From Puccinia triticina (taxonomy: Eukaryota), in the NCBI GenBank assembly GCA_026914245.1, contig CP110439.1, forward strand, positions 8,494,001-8,558,000: a DNA stretch of 64,000 nucleotides, given 5' to 3'. Position 1 is the stretch's first letter. Every line of letters starts with the position of its first letter. The position numbers and the translations under genes are program-made. The notes beneath the pieces are model-generated. The model was not told the origin of the DNA, ran no database searches, and saw nothing but the letters and a program-made list of their open reading frames with translations. Positions 12,379-25,648 of the stretch are shown piece after piece.

Positions 12379-14596
12379 AATTAGGAAACAGGATCTGAAG
12401 TCAAAATAATGATAAATCTTGAGATGAAAAAGATATAAAGTAATTTAGGTATAAAAGAGTAGAAAAGGCAGACTTTAAGGCTGACAGTAAGCTAAATGCA
12501 TGAAATTAATAAAAATGAGCATGATGAATATGCATTTTGTGTTTAGTTTCAGGATTAGTAGGGGCTATTTTTCTACCCCACTAGCTCCAGATGGCGCTCC
12601 GGTTCAATTTAATTATTGGTTAATCCAACCTAATGTGGTTGCTGGGTCAACCTAAGTTCCCTAATCCAGGCTAACTTAGCACCCAATGTGGATGTTCTAA
12701 CAGGATTTATGTCTACTGTATCTCTGGGTATGGCCAAGTTCTTAAATTAGAGCTTCTGGAGGCTATACAATGTGCACACTATGCAGCAGTATCAGTGGCA
12801 TTGGCTTGGCTTACTACCCCCAACACCATTCATATTTTCCAGTAGGTGTTGGTGGATTTCTGCCAAAGCTATGCGTGCAGGATGCAACAAGAAATGCCCA
12901 TACAATGTTTTGCTGCTCTTTGTAGCACACAAGCTGTAGCTTAGTGTAGCAGAAACCTGCTAACAGGCCGCTATACAGAATCTTGACCGGTACCCGGCAC
13001 CCACGGACCAGTACCACCTGCACCCGCCAGGCAGTGCCAGTTTCTTTCTTTTTCTTTTTTGGAAAAAGCAGTGTGTTACCCGAATACCTCCCCCAAGTAC
13101 CGCTTTCCCCCGCCGGGTGAATTTGGTTAACCCCCGGACCCTTGGCCCTTGGCCCACTTTGAGCTTCCCTTGATGACTGACAATAAACTGGTAATCAAGG
13201 ACAGTCCTGGTGCAATCATAAAGGGGAGGATTAACAACTCCCCTCAATGAAATTTGAGTGCTGGTTGTTGGGGGAGTACCCTCAATGACCATGACTAACC
13301 TTTTTGATGACCGGTGTGGAGATACTCAAATGGGAGAATAGAGCTGGGGGAAGGGAAATGTATAACTACACTAATACTAATGTAAGCCATGCCAAGGATG
13401 CTGATATAAGAGCTGCCTTCCTGACCAATAATACTGGGAGAGCTAGCCGCCCAGGCATGTGGGTAGCTGCATCAGATGGACCAGTTGAGACCGGCAACAA
13501 GCAGCCGGAGTTGTCCGCCGATGTTGCAAGTGACTGCCTGTGCATCGATGGATGCCACACGGTGGAGTTTGCGCCGGATGAACCCCAAGGGGTTTGCGCA
13601 GAATTCCATCATCTAGTCAAGGGCCGCTTGGCCAGGGTCCTCCTTGAGACCAGCGCAGGTTCTTTGTAAGTGTCAAGTTTGTTTGTTTTGGATTGTGAGT
13701 TGTCAATCAGTCAATGGGCCGAGTTGTTTAGAGTTACCGGAGCTTTTGGTGATTGGGTGTCCAACAACAGGTTAGCATCTGTCTGTTTCATTCTATCAGG
13801 GGTTAACTTTGAAGTAGTTTGCAGGGTAGCGCCGTTATCCTGTTATGACATTGTGAGACTTCAGAAGCGGTTTGCACCTCTTATGGCTGAATTTAGAGAA
13901 TTATGTGTGGGGAAAACCCTGCTTCTCTGAAAGACAAAGACTGACAGCACCCCCAGCTAGGCTGGAAGCAAGAAGACAGTGGTCTAGTGTAGTTGAACAC
14001 TTTTCTCACAAGTGGCTCACAATGGACTGTGCATTGCAAAATATAAAGCTAGTATTTTATTATGTGGCGGAGAGTGTGAGGGTGAAAATTTATTTGAATC
14101 TTGTGGGGGGAATGATATCCTTCATTGGATGGTGGGGAAAAGGAAGAGAGAGACCCTCCTTATATAGGAAAATGTGAGGCATTTGTGTTGGTGGTCTATG
14201 TACATGAGGGGTTTTGGCTGGTGTGCCTTTACAAATGCTGTGCAAATACAGCTATGTACAGTGTGGCAGTGTATACATGAGCAAATTTAGCTGGTGATCT
14301 AGTTACAAGTGTGGCTTACACAGCCCTCTGGTTGCTATGGAGTATTCTCAAGTGACCTGCACAGCTTTCTGTATTGCTGCGTAGTCTGCTTGAGTGACTT
14401 GCACAGCCCCATGGTTACTATGTCGCTTTATTAATGTGGCTTGTGGTTGCTAGGCTGCTGTAATAAGTGGCTTGTGGTTGCTACACAGCCACATATATAC
14501 ACACATATATATGTAAAATGGTAGTATGTAAGCTGTATACATGCAGTTTTTTAAAACTGTGTATGTAAACTGAAGGGAGTGTGTGTATCAATAGAT

Positions 14597-17431
14597 TAGG
14601 GGTGTAAATGGGCCGGGTCGACCCGCAAAGACCCGTGACCCGATGGGTTTTGGGTCGGGTTTGGGCAGCCTTCTGGCCTCCCTTTGAGAAACCGACCCGA
14701 CCCGCTGATACCCGATTGTATAATTGGGTCGGGTTTGGGCAGGGCTTTTTGCATTCGGGTCGGCCCGTGAACCCGACAAAGACCCGATTAGGAAAGGTCC
14801 CTGACTCCTGAGGAGGCTGTTGCTCTGTGATCCAGAGTCCCCGCTTTGAGAGTCTCACCGCCACACCTCCAATTACTCAATCACGAATGGCGCGATCCAC
14901 CAAGCAAGCAAATAAGAATGTCATTCCCTCATCATCCGACGAATCCGACGACATTCAAGTTCATGTTCCGGAATCCGATTCTGCCTTGACTCAGAACAAC
15001 CTAGCGACTCCAGGAACATCCCAGACTCCAAAGAACCCAAGAGATAGCGAGCCTACCGATCAAAATGCGGAATCTGATCCGGCCGTAAGGAAGCGCAAGG
15101 CCACCAGTGATATCTGGACGCATTTTAAGAAAAAGGCACGTGGTATGTTTTTTTTTTCAAATTTACAAAACGGAAATTTATTGATTTATACTCGGCTGCG
15201 CCCCAGGAAAACACGTGAAGGCAAAATGTGCCTATTGTCTATCTGAGTTGGATGGGAAAAGCACGAACGGTACGAAGCACCTTTGGCGCCACCTAGAACA
15301 ATGTAGCTCCTATGCTACAAAGAGCAAACAGTCTCTGCTGAAGCTTGCGGACGGATCGGTGTCTTCTTCGTCAATGTGGAATTTTTCTCAAGAGAAATCT
15401 CGTGATCTACTTATCAAGTTGATAATTGCACACAAACATCCGTTCACTCTAGTCAAGCAGCCGCTATTCCAAGCGTTTGTGAACTCCTTGCAACCGCGAT
15501 TCACACTCTTCAGCCGTGGCACCGCGACAACCGAGGTCCTCAAATTATATCAGTCAATGAAAGCCCAGCTTGTGAAAGATATTAGCAAAGTCGACCGGAT
15601 TTCCCTGACAACCGACGTCTGGACCTCATCAAACCAGACACCCTACATGGTAATAACTTGCCATTTCATCGATTCCGATTGGAACCTCCGCAAACAAATC
15701 CTTAGTTTTAGGGAGTTTCCAACTCCTCATACTGGTATAGCAATCGCTGAACAGTTACTTACGACTATTGCGGAATGGAAGATTTACAACAAGGTCGGCT
15801 TTATAACGGTGGACAATGCACTAGCGAACGATACAGGCCTAGCTTGAGTGTGCTCAGTTCTGAAAGATCGAAGCACCAATCCGCCAGATATGAATGGAAA
15901 GTTTTTCCATGTTCGTTGTGCTGCTCACGTCATTAATCTTATTGTTAAGGATGGCCTCAAGCATGTCTCCTATGCCATCAAAAAGATCCGGGATGGTGTC
16001 CGATATACTAGAAGCACTCCCTCTCGCGGACAGTTCTTCAAGGAGGCCATCAACCTAGCTAACATGAAAGAAGGACAAGCTCTCCCCTTGCTCGACGTTC
16101 CGACTCGCTGGAACTCGACATATCTAATGTTGAAATCGGCAATTCCGTACAAGGAAGCATTCAATAACTTGGCCTTGCAAGATGCCAACTTCACTAACTG
16201 CCCGACCGACGCCGAGTGGCACGAGATATCTGCTATGAAGGAATTTTTGGCCATTTTTGATGCGGGTGAGTATTTTTTCAAGTCGGTTTTTGTTTCACTG
16301 AATGTTCATATCATTATCTGAGCAGTTTATCTCTTTTACTGCCTGCTAGCTACAAACAAACTGGCCATGACACACTATCCAACAGCGCATGTCATCTACA
16401 AATACATGAAAACTATTGACACACAACTCAAAGCGCGCGCAAACAACCTCAAGGATGGCCAAGCAGACCTGAGCGACTTAATTACACCAATGCAAGATAA
16501 ATTTGACAAGTACTGGGAGAAGATGAAGGACTTTGCGGCGATCAACCTCATCTTTGATCCTTGCTGCAAACTGGCGATGATGGAATTTCTTCTTGCTGAC
16601 AATCTTGGTACGGACGAAGCAGCAATTAGTGTCACCGCTATAAAAAAAACGCTCTCTACCTGGTTTAACGAGCTGTTGTCAAAGCAAACTAACTCGCATG
16701 TGGATCAAGAATCCACAGCTAGTCAACCACCTCAACAAAAATCGACTCAAGACAACGATGATGTTGACATGCGCTTCAAGAAATACATCACAGAGATCCA
16801 CTCCTCCCAAGCTGTATCAACCACTGCCAAGCTCGATCTGTACCTCCAAGAACCACCTGTTGTGTCTGAATCTCGGAAATTTTCAGTTCTTGCCTGGTGG
16901 AGCACCCACCAGGGAAGATTTCCAAACCTCTCAAAGCTGGCAAAAACTTTGCTGATGGTTCCAATGACCTCGATTGCTTCGGAATCTGCCTTCTCAACCG
17001 GTGGGAGAGTGCTCAGTGACTACCGAACGAGGATGAAGCCCGAAACACTCGAGGCCCTCGTATGTGCGCAAGACTGGATCCGCGGCCATGAAGGCCTATA
17101 CCCGGACTCTCCAGAAACAGAAGAACTCACAGATGACTAAACATTTCATTGTCTTTATATCTTGTCATCTATTCTACAGCAATACACAGAATTTTTCATT
17201 TATTTCTTATGCTTACAAACTGTGCACTCATTTCTGAGATTTGCTCAGCATAAAATGTCGGGTTGACCCGGGACCCGACCCGGACCCGACCCGGACCCGA
17301 CTCCTTGTAACGTGGGTCGGGTTTGGGCAGTCAATATTCACTTTTGTCCCGACCCGACCCGACCCGGGGTTCACGTCGGGTCGGGTTTGGGCACCATTTT
17401 TTGACCCGAACCCAACCCGTTTACACCCCTA
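14597..17431 (+). mobile_element. Complete hAT DNA transposon (2835 bp)
   Basis: TIR TAGGGGTGTAAA(T/C)GGG. Perfect 8-bp TSD CAATAGAT at 14589-14596 and 17432-17439. Subterminal GACCCG/CGGGTC arrays. Confidence 0.95.
14887..17140 (+). pseudogene. BED-finger hAT transposase with a premature stop
   Basis: SDIWTHF...CAYC...GTKHLWRH (BED), LTTDVWTS, HVRCAAHVINL, PTRWNSTY, ASESAFSTGGR. Introns ~15142-15207 and ~16267-16349. TGA at 15845-15847. Confidence 0.92.
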
Positions 17432-17679
17432 CAATAGATGGTGTAATGTAACACTACATATGTAAACTAGAAATTTTTGAATTTTTCAATCCGGAACTAA
17501 AGCGTCTACTACAACGTCATCCTTGGCCGTGACTGGATATCTGCAAATGTTGTATCAACGGACTGGAATTCCAACATGTGGCATTTCAGGGACCAATTTA
17601 GTAATTTCATCCCTTTTAGTTTATCCTTGTTGACTGTCTGCAGTTTGATGACTCACAAGCTAGCAGTAATGTCTTTCTT

Positions 17680-19590
17680 GGGCTGTGACAGTTTTATCGC
17701 CAATACGTGAAGAATTTTGCAAAGATTGCCGCCCCATTGCATGATTTGACGGCGGGTGGAGTAACTAAGCAGCAGTCAGTTCAGTGGCTGCCAAAGTGGG
17801 AGGTAGCTTTCTGTCAGTTGAAGGAAGCGTTAGTAAGCGCACCTATCCTCTTAATACCGGACGTCCTGAAGAGGTGCGTCATGGAGAGCAATGCCTCAGA
17901 ATTTGCCATAGGTGCGGTGCTCTTGCAGGACAGAGACAAGTTGTTGCTACATCCCGTGGCCTTTGAGTCGAGTAAGCTAAACAAAGCGCAGGTAAATTAT
18001 CCTGCGCAGGAACACAAGCTGTTAGCTATCATTCACGCTTGGCGTAAATGGCACATCTATTTGGATGTTGCAGTTGAGACAATGGTGGTCTACACTGACC
18101 ATGCTTCCCTGGCATACTTACAGACCCAGCTGTTGCCTACAAAGTGTCTCCTCTGCTGGATTGAAGAATTTGCCGAGATGGACATTGAAATCCGGTAGAA
18201 GAAGGGCACTGACAATGTTGTGCCCGACGCGCTTTTGCAAAGAAGCAACCTTGTGTTGCTAGAAGAGGTGACAGATCAGCTTCACAAAACTGACTGACCA
18301 TTAATTATACCCTACTTGATAGAGGGAAGAACTTTACCTCCCAGAACGCTTGGTCATACAAGCGAAAGAAAATATTGAGCTTTTTGGATACGAACCGGAC
18401 AACAAGACCTTGATTTATCTGGGCCGTTGAGGGTTGAAGGAGTGATCACTGTTCGTTGTGTTTGCCTATTGGTTTGATTTGCTCAGGTTGGTTCACAATG
18501 AGCTTGGCCATCGCAGCAGAGACTGCACCTTGCAGATCCTTCAGGGTTGGGGTTGGTGGCCAAAGAGTTATGATGATGTGCAGAGTTATATCCGCACATG
18601 CGAGCCCTGTCAGATACACAAAAGACCGCACGCTTCACAGGAGACGGGCCTCCAATAGCCTCTGCTGGCAGTGTTGCCGTTTGAGCGCTGGTCCTCGGAC
18701 CTAGTTCAGATACCTGAGAGCTACAAGAAGGGCTACAAGTGGATCTTAACAGCTATAGACCACTGTACCTCGTGGCCCGTAGCAGTTCCGCTGAAAGATG
18801 CTTCAGCGGCAGAATTGGCGCAAGTCATATTTGACAAGGTGATTACACCCTTTGGAGCCCCAAAAGAATTCCTGACAGACCGTGGTTCCAACTACCTGTC
18901 TGCTGGTTTCCAGAAGTTCCTGGCTGCGGCCAGGAGCAAGCCAGTCCGAACGTCTGGGTATCATCCCCAGACTAATGGAAAGTTGAAAAGATTCAATGGA
19001 ATCTTAGAAGCGGCTCTGTTCCACATGAACAAGACCGGAGACCCGGCCAAATGGGAAGACTTTCTCCCGGCTGCCCTGTTCTCCGCAAGGATCCACGTCA
19101 GCAATAGCAGTGGGTTCTCCCCCTTTGAGCTCCTCTACTGCGTTAAGCCAAGGTTGCCACAGGATTTTTGGCGAATGATTGCCGCAGAAGCTGCCCTTCC
19201 TGGGCATGAAGAATTAAAAGTGCACATTGAGGCGCTGAACAAAACTAGAATCGCCGCTGCGGGTAATACTGCTACGTGCGCATTGAAGAATAAGGAAGCT
19301 TTTGATGGAAAGACGGCTTTTGCACGAGACTTAGAAAGTCTTGTAGTTGTGCAAGCTGTAAAGCTTTGCAATGAGAAGCACACCAAGGGTCAGCCAAGGT
19401 GGTTTAGACCATTCAAGGTCAAAACAGTCCTTGAAAACAATGTCTACATTGTTCAGGACCATCGGGGTGTTGAATACCCTAGACCAGTTAACGGGAATAG
19501 TTTGAAACCCGTAGCTTTGCGCTCACTCATTGTTAATGATATGTGGGCTTCACCGCCTGCTATTGCGCAGCGCGACAAAAAGGGCTGACG
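17680..19590 (+). mobile_element. Ty3/Gypsy pol relic (end of RT, RNase H, integrase)
   Basis: NFAKIAAPLHDLT, ASEFAIGAVLLQ, HPVAFES, YTDHASL, zinc-binding HNELGH...CEPC, core LTAIDHCT, TDRGSNY, YHPQTNG. Stops and frameshifts. Confidence 0.92.
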
Positions 19591-21760
19591 CCAAAGTGGC
19601 AAAGGACCTACTCAAGAAGACACAGTCTATACACAGCGGGGCAAGTGGGACGCCAGCAGGGCCCTGCAGTCGTCGGACGCCCTCACGGCGCCGTTCTGCC
19701 ACACGCCGCCAGGACGCCATCAAGCCACGCCCTGCGGCCATCTTGGGTGGCGCACCTAGGGCAGCCCAGATGGGCGCCAACCCGACCAAGGCGCAGGGGG
19801 GGCGACCTCAGGGCGCCAGGGCATGATATCCTGCGAGCGTCCATGCTGAGATCCTTGTGACATCTGTCTGGGGGATGGCCTCAGGGCGCCTACGGCGACG
19901 CAAGGTAGACGGCATGCTCTCACCTGTGGGTTCACCGGGATGACATGCCTTGAGAGGCCTCGGGGGCCGCTGATGATCGGTCGGAGGGGTATCTCATGAT
20001 GCCCTGCTGTGGCAAGGCTGAGCTCAGGGGGCAGGCTGGGCCCCGGAGGGCCGTCTGGGCATGATCCCAACAGCAGTCACGGGAGCTGACTGGGGTGGTG
20101 TCTATGGATCAGCCTGGAGGCTACACGCAGGGACAAGCATGCAGTGGTTGCATGGCTAGAGTTTCATAGGCAATGGTGCACTGGGTGAAACCTTGGTAGC
20201 TATCTGACATTCCTCAACAGTAAGCAACAGCACATCTGGGGCATCTACTTTACAATGGCAGGGACACACATGGATGGGGAGGGGAGGGGGAGCAAACAAA
20301 GGCAACAGATCTTCAGGAGAACTACTCAATGGTGGGGATGGAGGAAGGGGAGTACCGTCACATATCCGCAATCTTGGCACCAGGGCCCTGACGTTGTTGT
20401 CAGTTGGGCACACACAAGCGGAAGTCCTCCAACATGGGGGACTTGCCAAAGAGTTCCATATCCTTCTGGCATGTCCACCTGTGATATCAAGGAGGTGCCT
20501 TGCGGGCGGCTACACACATGATCTCCTGAGGAAGGAGGGGGGGTCAATGTCATGATTGTTGACGGCAGTAAAAGGGGATTGGGATGGAGGGTTACTAACC
20601 TTGTCCAAGGGAAGAAATTAGCCCCTACCAATGCTTCACTAGGTTCCATTTGAAGGTGGGCCGGTCAGGGTGACAGGAGCTGGGATTTACAGCAAACTGG
20701 GACAGAAGAAGGTTTAACGCATAGGTAATACTCGGGAAGGCGGGAGAAGGCTGAGGAGCGGATTTTTACTAGATCGGACTTACCTGGGGGGCGCGGAGAC
20801 CTAACTTAGGAGTCAGGGGTTGCTTTATTTGTGATACCGGAGAAGTCGCTGGTATGAAGAGGAAGGGGCAGGTCGTGGGAAAATTGCAAACAAGGGATGT
20901 GTTGACTACAGGGTGATACATACATATATCATCAGGTCAGGGTTAGGTCTGGGGCACAGCAGGACAAGCACCCACTTCGCTGCATCAGTGGGGCCTACCT
21001 GAGCTGCATTGGATGGCCCCCGCTGGGTGCTCCTTGCCACGGACATGCAGGGCCGGGGAGTGGTCAGCAGGGGCAAGCGGGGTTTTGGGGGAGCTCTGTG
21101 TTGGTACTGAGGCATCTGAGGGGGAGCCGGGGCGAGGACCACAGACACTGCCCACCCTCATCCATGCCGCAGGCCTGCCAGAGCCAAGCCAGCTGGATGG
21201 CGGCTCATGGGCCCTTTGATCGCCCGCACCTGGACAAGGAGCCCATTGGGCATCCTAGCCGCTCCAGCAACCCCAGGACGCAGTGGCGGCCCCCCATAAC
21301 CAGTGGCGCCATCTGGACCCCTGCGTCAGCCAGGCAACTGGCATGGACGCCCCCATGACAGCCGGCAGTGACGCCTCCCCTACCGGTGCGTCACGCAGGC
21401 ATCTCACCGGGGCGGCCATCTGGCGCCCAGGTTGGTGGCATCTCAGTGGCGCCCAAGGGGCGCCACCTATGCCCACAGTCCCGGTGGCGCCCCCTTGCAT
21501 GACAGAGTGGCTCCTGTACGGCTCTGGGTCCCTGTCACGCCACCGTGGCGCATGGAGTGCCGGGATGCCAGCTGGACGCATTGGCTTTTCCCAATCTGCC
21601 CCGCTGTGTAGCTAAGACCAAGAAAAAGCCCCCAGTAACAACTGGGGCACCCAGTTCGAGCCCTGCGGCTCCCCCGGTTAAGCCGCCAGGAAGAATGCTC
21701 CGGCTCTGGCTAGGACCGCTGCCACCAGGGTCCCGGACGGCCCCCGTTTAGGGAGGGGGA

Positions 21761-22720
21761 TGTTGTAGCCAGGCTACAGACACCAAACGGGTTACCACCC
21801 GTTCTGGAGGCGAGACACAGGAGGCACCCGCCTCCCTCGCCTAGTTTGGACTAGTTCCGGAGTTAGGCTAAGTGCCTCATTTCTTTCTTCCTGCTACAGC
21901 CGCAGGGGTCCTGTACGGCTTTAGCCTCTTGTTTGTACCCCTCTATCCAGGGTAGTCACGTGCTGTTGTTTCATTCTCAAGGCCCTAACATAGCTAATTT
22001 CCCTCCTTGGGGGAGCAAATCGACCTCCAAAGGAGGGACTTACGTGCTATGTCTACCCCGCAGCCTGAGAGAATTTCAACTTTTGGTGGGCACTTTTTTA
22101 TAATCAACATAGCACACGGGTCTCTGGACCAAATTCCTTCTAGTTTTCATTTCTGGGACCACCCAAGATGTCCCCATCTATGTACTACTTCCATCTCCCC
22201 CCATCCCTTTTCTTTGATCTGCAATACCCTTTGTAATATCATTAGTTTTGGATCCTATACAGTGCAAGATGTGTAATCAAGAGTGAAGTAGACATGATGG
22301 TGGTCATAAAAAAGTAATTTGAGTGCCACTCAAGGCTTCAAAAAATTTGAAAAATATGTAGGAAGATTCTCCATGGTCTTCTGCATCTTTTGTTCCCCCA
22401 ACACCTAATCACCCAATGAGAATTGGTGCTGCTACAAAACATCAAAAAACAGCATTTTTGAAATTCTCAGTTTGACATAGCGCACCTTCGGAGGGTCCCT
22501 GCGGGACGGCTTCCCCCCTCCACATAGAGAGAGACTTAGTCAAGTTAGCTCAAGTCCACTATATAAAGTGGCCTCTCTCCAGTTGTAGGGGTTTTCCCCC
22601 CAGTTTCTCATTTTGGAATCCTAGGCTATCTGCCAGTATTTCCTCCTTCTTTGCGCACCTATTCCGCTGAGCCTCGGTCACCTGAAGAGCCCTGCTTCAG
22701 AGTCCAACCCTTTCTGTTGC
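21761..22720 (+). mobile_element. Probable 3' LTR of the Gypsy relic (right border uncertain), interrupted by a TIR element
   Basis: Polypurine tract AGGGAGGGGGA at 21750-21760 immediately before TGTTGTAG. TATATAAA box at ~22560 after the insertion. Confidence 0.6.
21985..22548. mobile_element. Non-autonomous AcademH-type element inside the LTR
   Basis: Ends CTAACATAGCTAA... and ...CTTAGTCAAGTTAG. 9-bp TSD CTCAAGGCC / CTCAAGTCC (8 of 9 match). Confidence 0.7.
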
Positions 22721-22789
22721 CATATCTCCCTGGGGGAGGAATCTCAGAATTCATATTTATGTATAATTTATCATACCTCACAAACAACT

Positions 22790-24265
22790 GTTCCGCATTT
22801 CCTAGTCTCCCCGTCAACCCCCACCCGCCGAGCAATGCAGAAGCGCCTCGGCACCGTCTCCGTAGCAGCGCACGACCACCACCACCAGTCCCAATAGCAG
22901 GACCCGAGCCGGCCCATCCCACTCCCGCGCTCTTTTTCCTCATCAAACGGCGCGGAAGTCTGCCTGTCTCCGAAAATACCCCAGCGGAAACCCAGGAGGA
23001 CTACCAACACCCCTTGTTTGCCGACGAAGATAACAAGAAACGCAAAGTCCGATTCAAACGCGACATCTTCTGTTTGGAGTTTGACCAGCTCCCGCTCTCT
23101 CGCCAGCCCAAGCGGGCCAAAGTCCTCCAGGAAGACCACGGGCCCGATCCCCGGCCCGATCCAGTCAGTCTGCCCCCTTTTTCCACGTTTCTGGTTAGAG
23201 ATGAAGAGAGGAGGTTGATGATGTGTATGTGTGATGCAGGCTACTAAACGGAAAGGACAGCGGAGGAACACGGTCTCCGTTGATCGGCCCCGACGCCAAT
23301 CGCCCGCCTGATCGTCCCGCCATCATCAACGACGATCAAGGAGGAGTTGTGGGATCCGGAGGAGCCAAGTGGGCGGGTGGGAGAACGTCAGATGTACCCG
23401 GCCTTCGCCACGGTCAACCTCAGCGGCCTCTTGCTCTCCAACACTCCTCCCCCCAATCCCGCCGATGCCGCCCATCTTCCCTCAGGTACCGCTGTCGACC
23501 CTTGCTCCATCATCCCTGCTTCTCCTCTCCTCTTGACACCGGTCTCCTTTCCTGGACCGCCGCCTGCCTCTCTTCTCACTGAGCTTCCGCACTAACCTGC
23601 TCTTTAAACTCGGGCCACACTGCTTTACCCCTCCCTCCTGATGTTCATTAGCCGAAGAAGCGACGAAGGCTACGAGTAGACAAGGATCAATAGTTGAAGC
23701 CCTGGCCACCCGACTCTTCTCGAGCACCCCCTCCCAGCAGCCCTTGTCGATGGGGTGCGTAGACCCAAGCCACAGAGGGCGCTAATTGGAGCCCGCAGAT
23801 ATCGGACGACTGGACGAGGTTGCCCGCCGCTTGGACACGCTCCGACTGAGCTCGACAGTCGACAGCGTGGTGGGGGGAGACGCTCCCGTCGTCCGGCCGG
23901 GCCTCCTCCGACCCTACTCGGCTCCCGCAGCAGGCTCCTCCATTGTTCCCTCCTTGCCAACGTTCTCCCCCGCCCTCATCGGCGTCAAGCAGCTCTTCTG
24001 CGGCTCTTCCGTTGCCGCTGCCCAAGCATCCTTCGGCGATGGCTTCAGCTCCCTCTTCAGACGACTCCAAGGTCATCATCCAACCCCGCTGACGCTTTTG
24101 TCAACATCCGAACCCAACTCCGACTCTTCTTCACATCATGATGATAACGAGGAGGAGGAGGATCATGATGATGGTGGTGGGGATGATGATGGGGAGGAAG
24201 CGCAGAAGGCGCAAGATGAGGACCGGCGCCCGCTAGTAGATGACACCGATCCCATGCCCGCCTGA
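22790..24265 (+). CDS. Uncharacterised Pro-rich gene or gene fragment; no start codon found next to the LTR
   Basis: GC-rich ORF segments (22651-23247, 23347-23595, 23786-24265) with a basic patch KKRKVRFKRD and an acidic tail. No family recognised. Confidence 0.35.
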
Positions 24266-25648
24266 TTTACGGACTATGAGGAAAGTAAGACCAGCTGAGT
24301 GGTGTGTGGTTTACAAAGGAAAATAAGGAAGATGGGAGGCAACCATGAGACTGACTTCGACCTTTCTTTCATAATGTGTGGGATGAATACGCTTGGATGG
24401 GCCCTAAACTTCACTCATTAGCTATTCTTGTAGTCCTTGTTCAGTACATATTTACATATTTTTGAACGAATGTATTTAATTTTTATTCAGACGCTATACC
24501 AAAAGAATGACAGGTTATACAAAAAGAAGAAGAAAAAAGATGAGAAGACAGTTGAGGTAATATTCACAAGAAAATGAAAAGTTTCTCTTGAAAAAAAAAA
24601 TGAAAAAAGGCAAGCTTGAGGCTGAGAGTTTAAATGAGAAGCGCATTAAACGCAAAAGAAATGGAAACAGAAGGGGAAGGACAGAAAAAGGGGGATGGTT
24701 AAGTTTCTTCTCCGGCTTGTCCAGCAAGCTCTACCGTCCTTGGCTGCTGAAGCGCAACAAGAATCTGCTGTAGAAGCAGATATACTAATAAAGAAGATTC
24801 ATTGGATTATTATACAACAACAATGAGAACAGTTTTTAAAACAATGAAAAACTTACTCTTCCACAACAACCAGGCCACCGCTAGTTGCACCAAAATGGCA
24901 ACAAGATACAACATGCTATCCACATATGTGAAAGGGTAAGCAAAAGGTAAAAAATAAGGACATCTTCAAAGTCAATGAAAATATTACTTACAAGGGTAGA
25001 GTTTGAGGAGATGTTCAAAGAGAAAAGTGGTTGCTTTATTGATCTTCTCTTCCTTTATCGGGGGAGTTTTTTCTATGGGAGAAAGTTGGAAGTTGGCTTG
25101 GTTATATATGTCACTGGGGATCATATACACGTTAGACCAACGGACCCGAGATGAAAGTAAAAATGGCCTGCTTCCAGTCAAACTGGGTTGCCACCACCCG
25201 GGGTTGAACATGATTGGGACAGGTTGCCATGGAACTTAAGGGTGTATGAAAGTGAAAAAAAGTGTTTCTATGTTGGAATCAATGGATTACAGATAAATGC
25301 TGAACGAAATGTGGAAGAGTCAAGATGGGGAGGGAACAAGTCAACCACTGTCGATGGCATAGACCTTGCTCCCTCTCTAATTAGGCTCAGCCTCATGTCA
25401 TGCCAGGTGTGCTGGCAGGGCTATTACAGGTCGAAGTCAGTCTTGCAGCTGCCTCCCATCTTCCTTATTTTCTTTTGTAAACCACACACCACTCAGCTGG
25501 TCTTACTTTTCTCATAGTCCCTAAATCCCTCTCATAACAAAAACAAGAAAAGGTTGAATATTTGTTGTGTATGTAGACCCAACCACTTCAACCACTACCA
25601 GATATCCTGAGTGGGATATCCAGTAAGAAATCCAGGATACCCTGTATC

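Larger units (their letters stand above)
13852..17457 (-). mobile_element. LTR (about 750 bp net) split by the hAT insertion, with probable internal retrotransposon sequence to its left
   Basis: Minus-strand end ...TTCAGCCATAAGAGG...GAAGTCTCACA resembles the 3' ends of the LTRs at 28406 and 58781. TATATAAGGAGG box near 14155. The 5' border is approximate. Confidence 0.5.
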
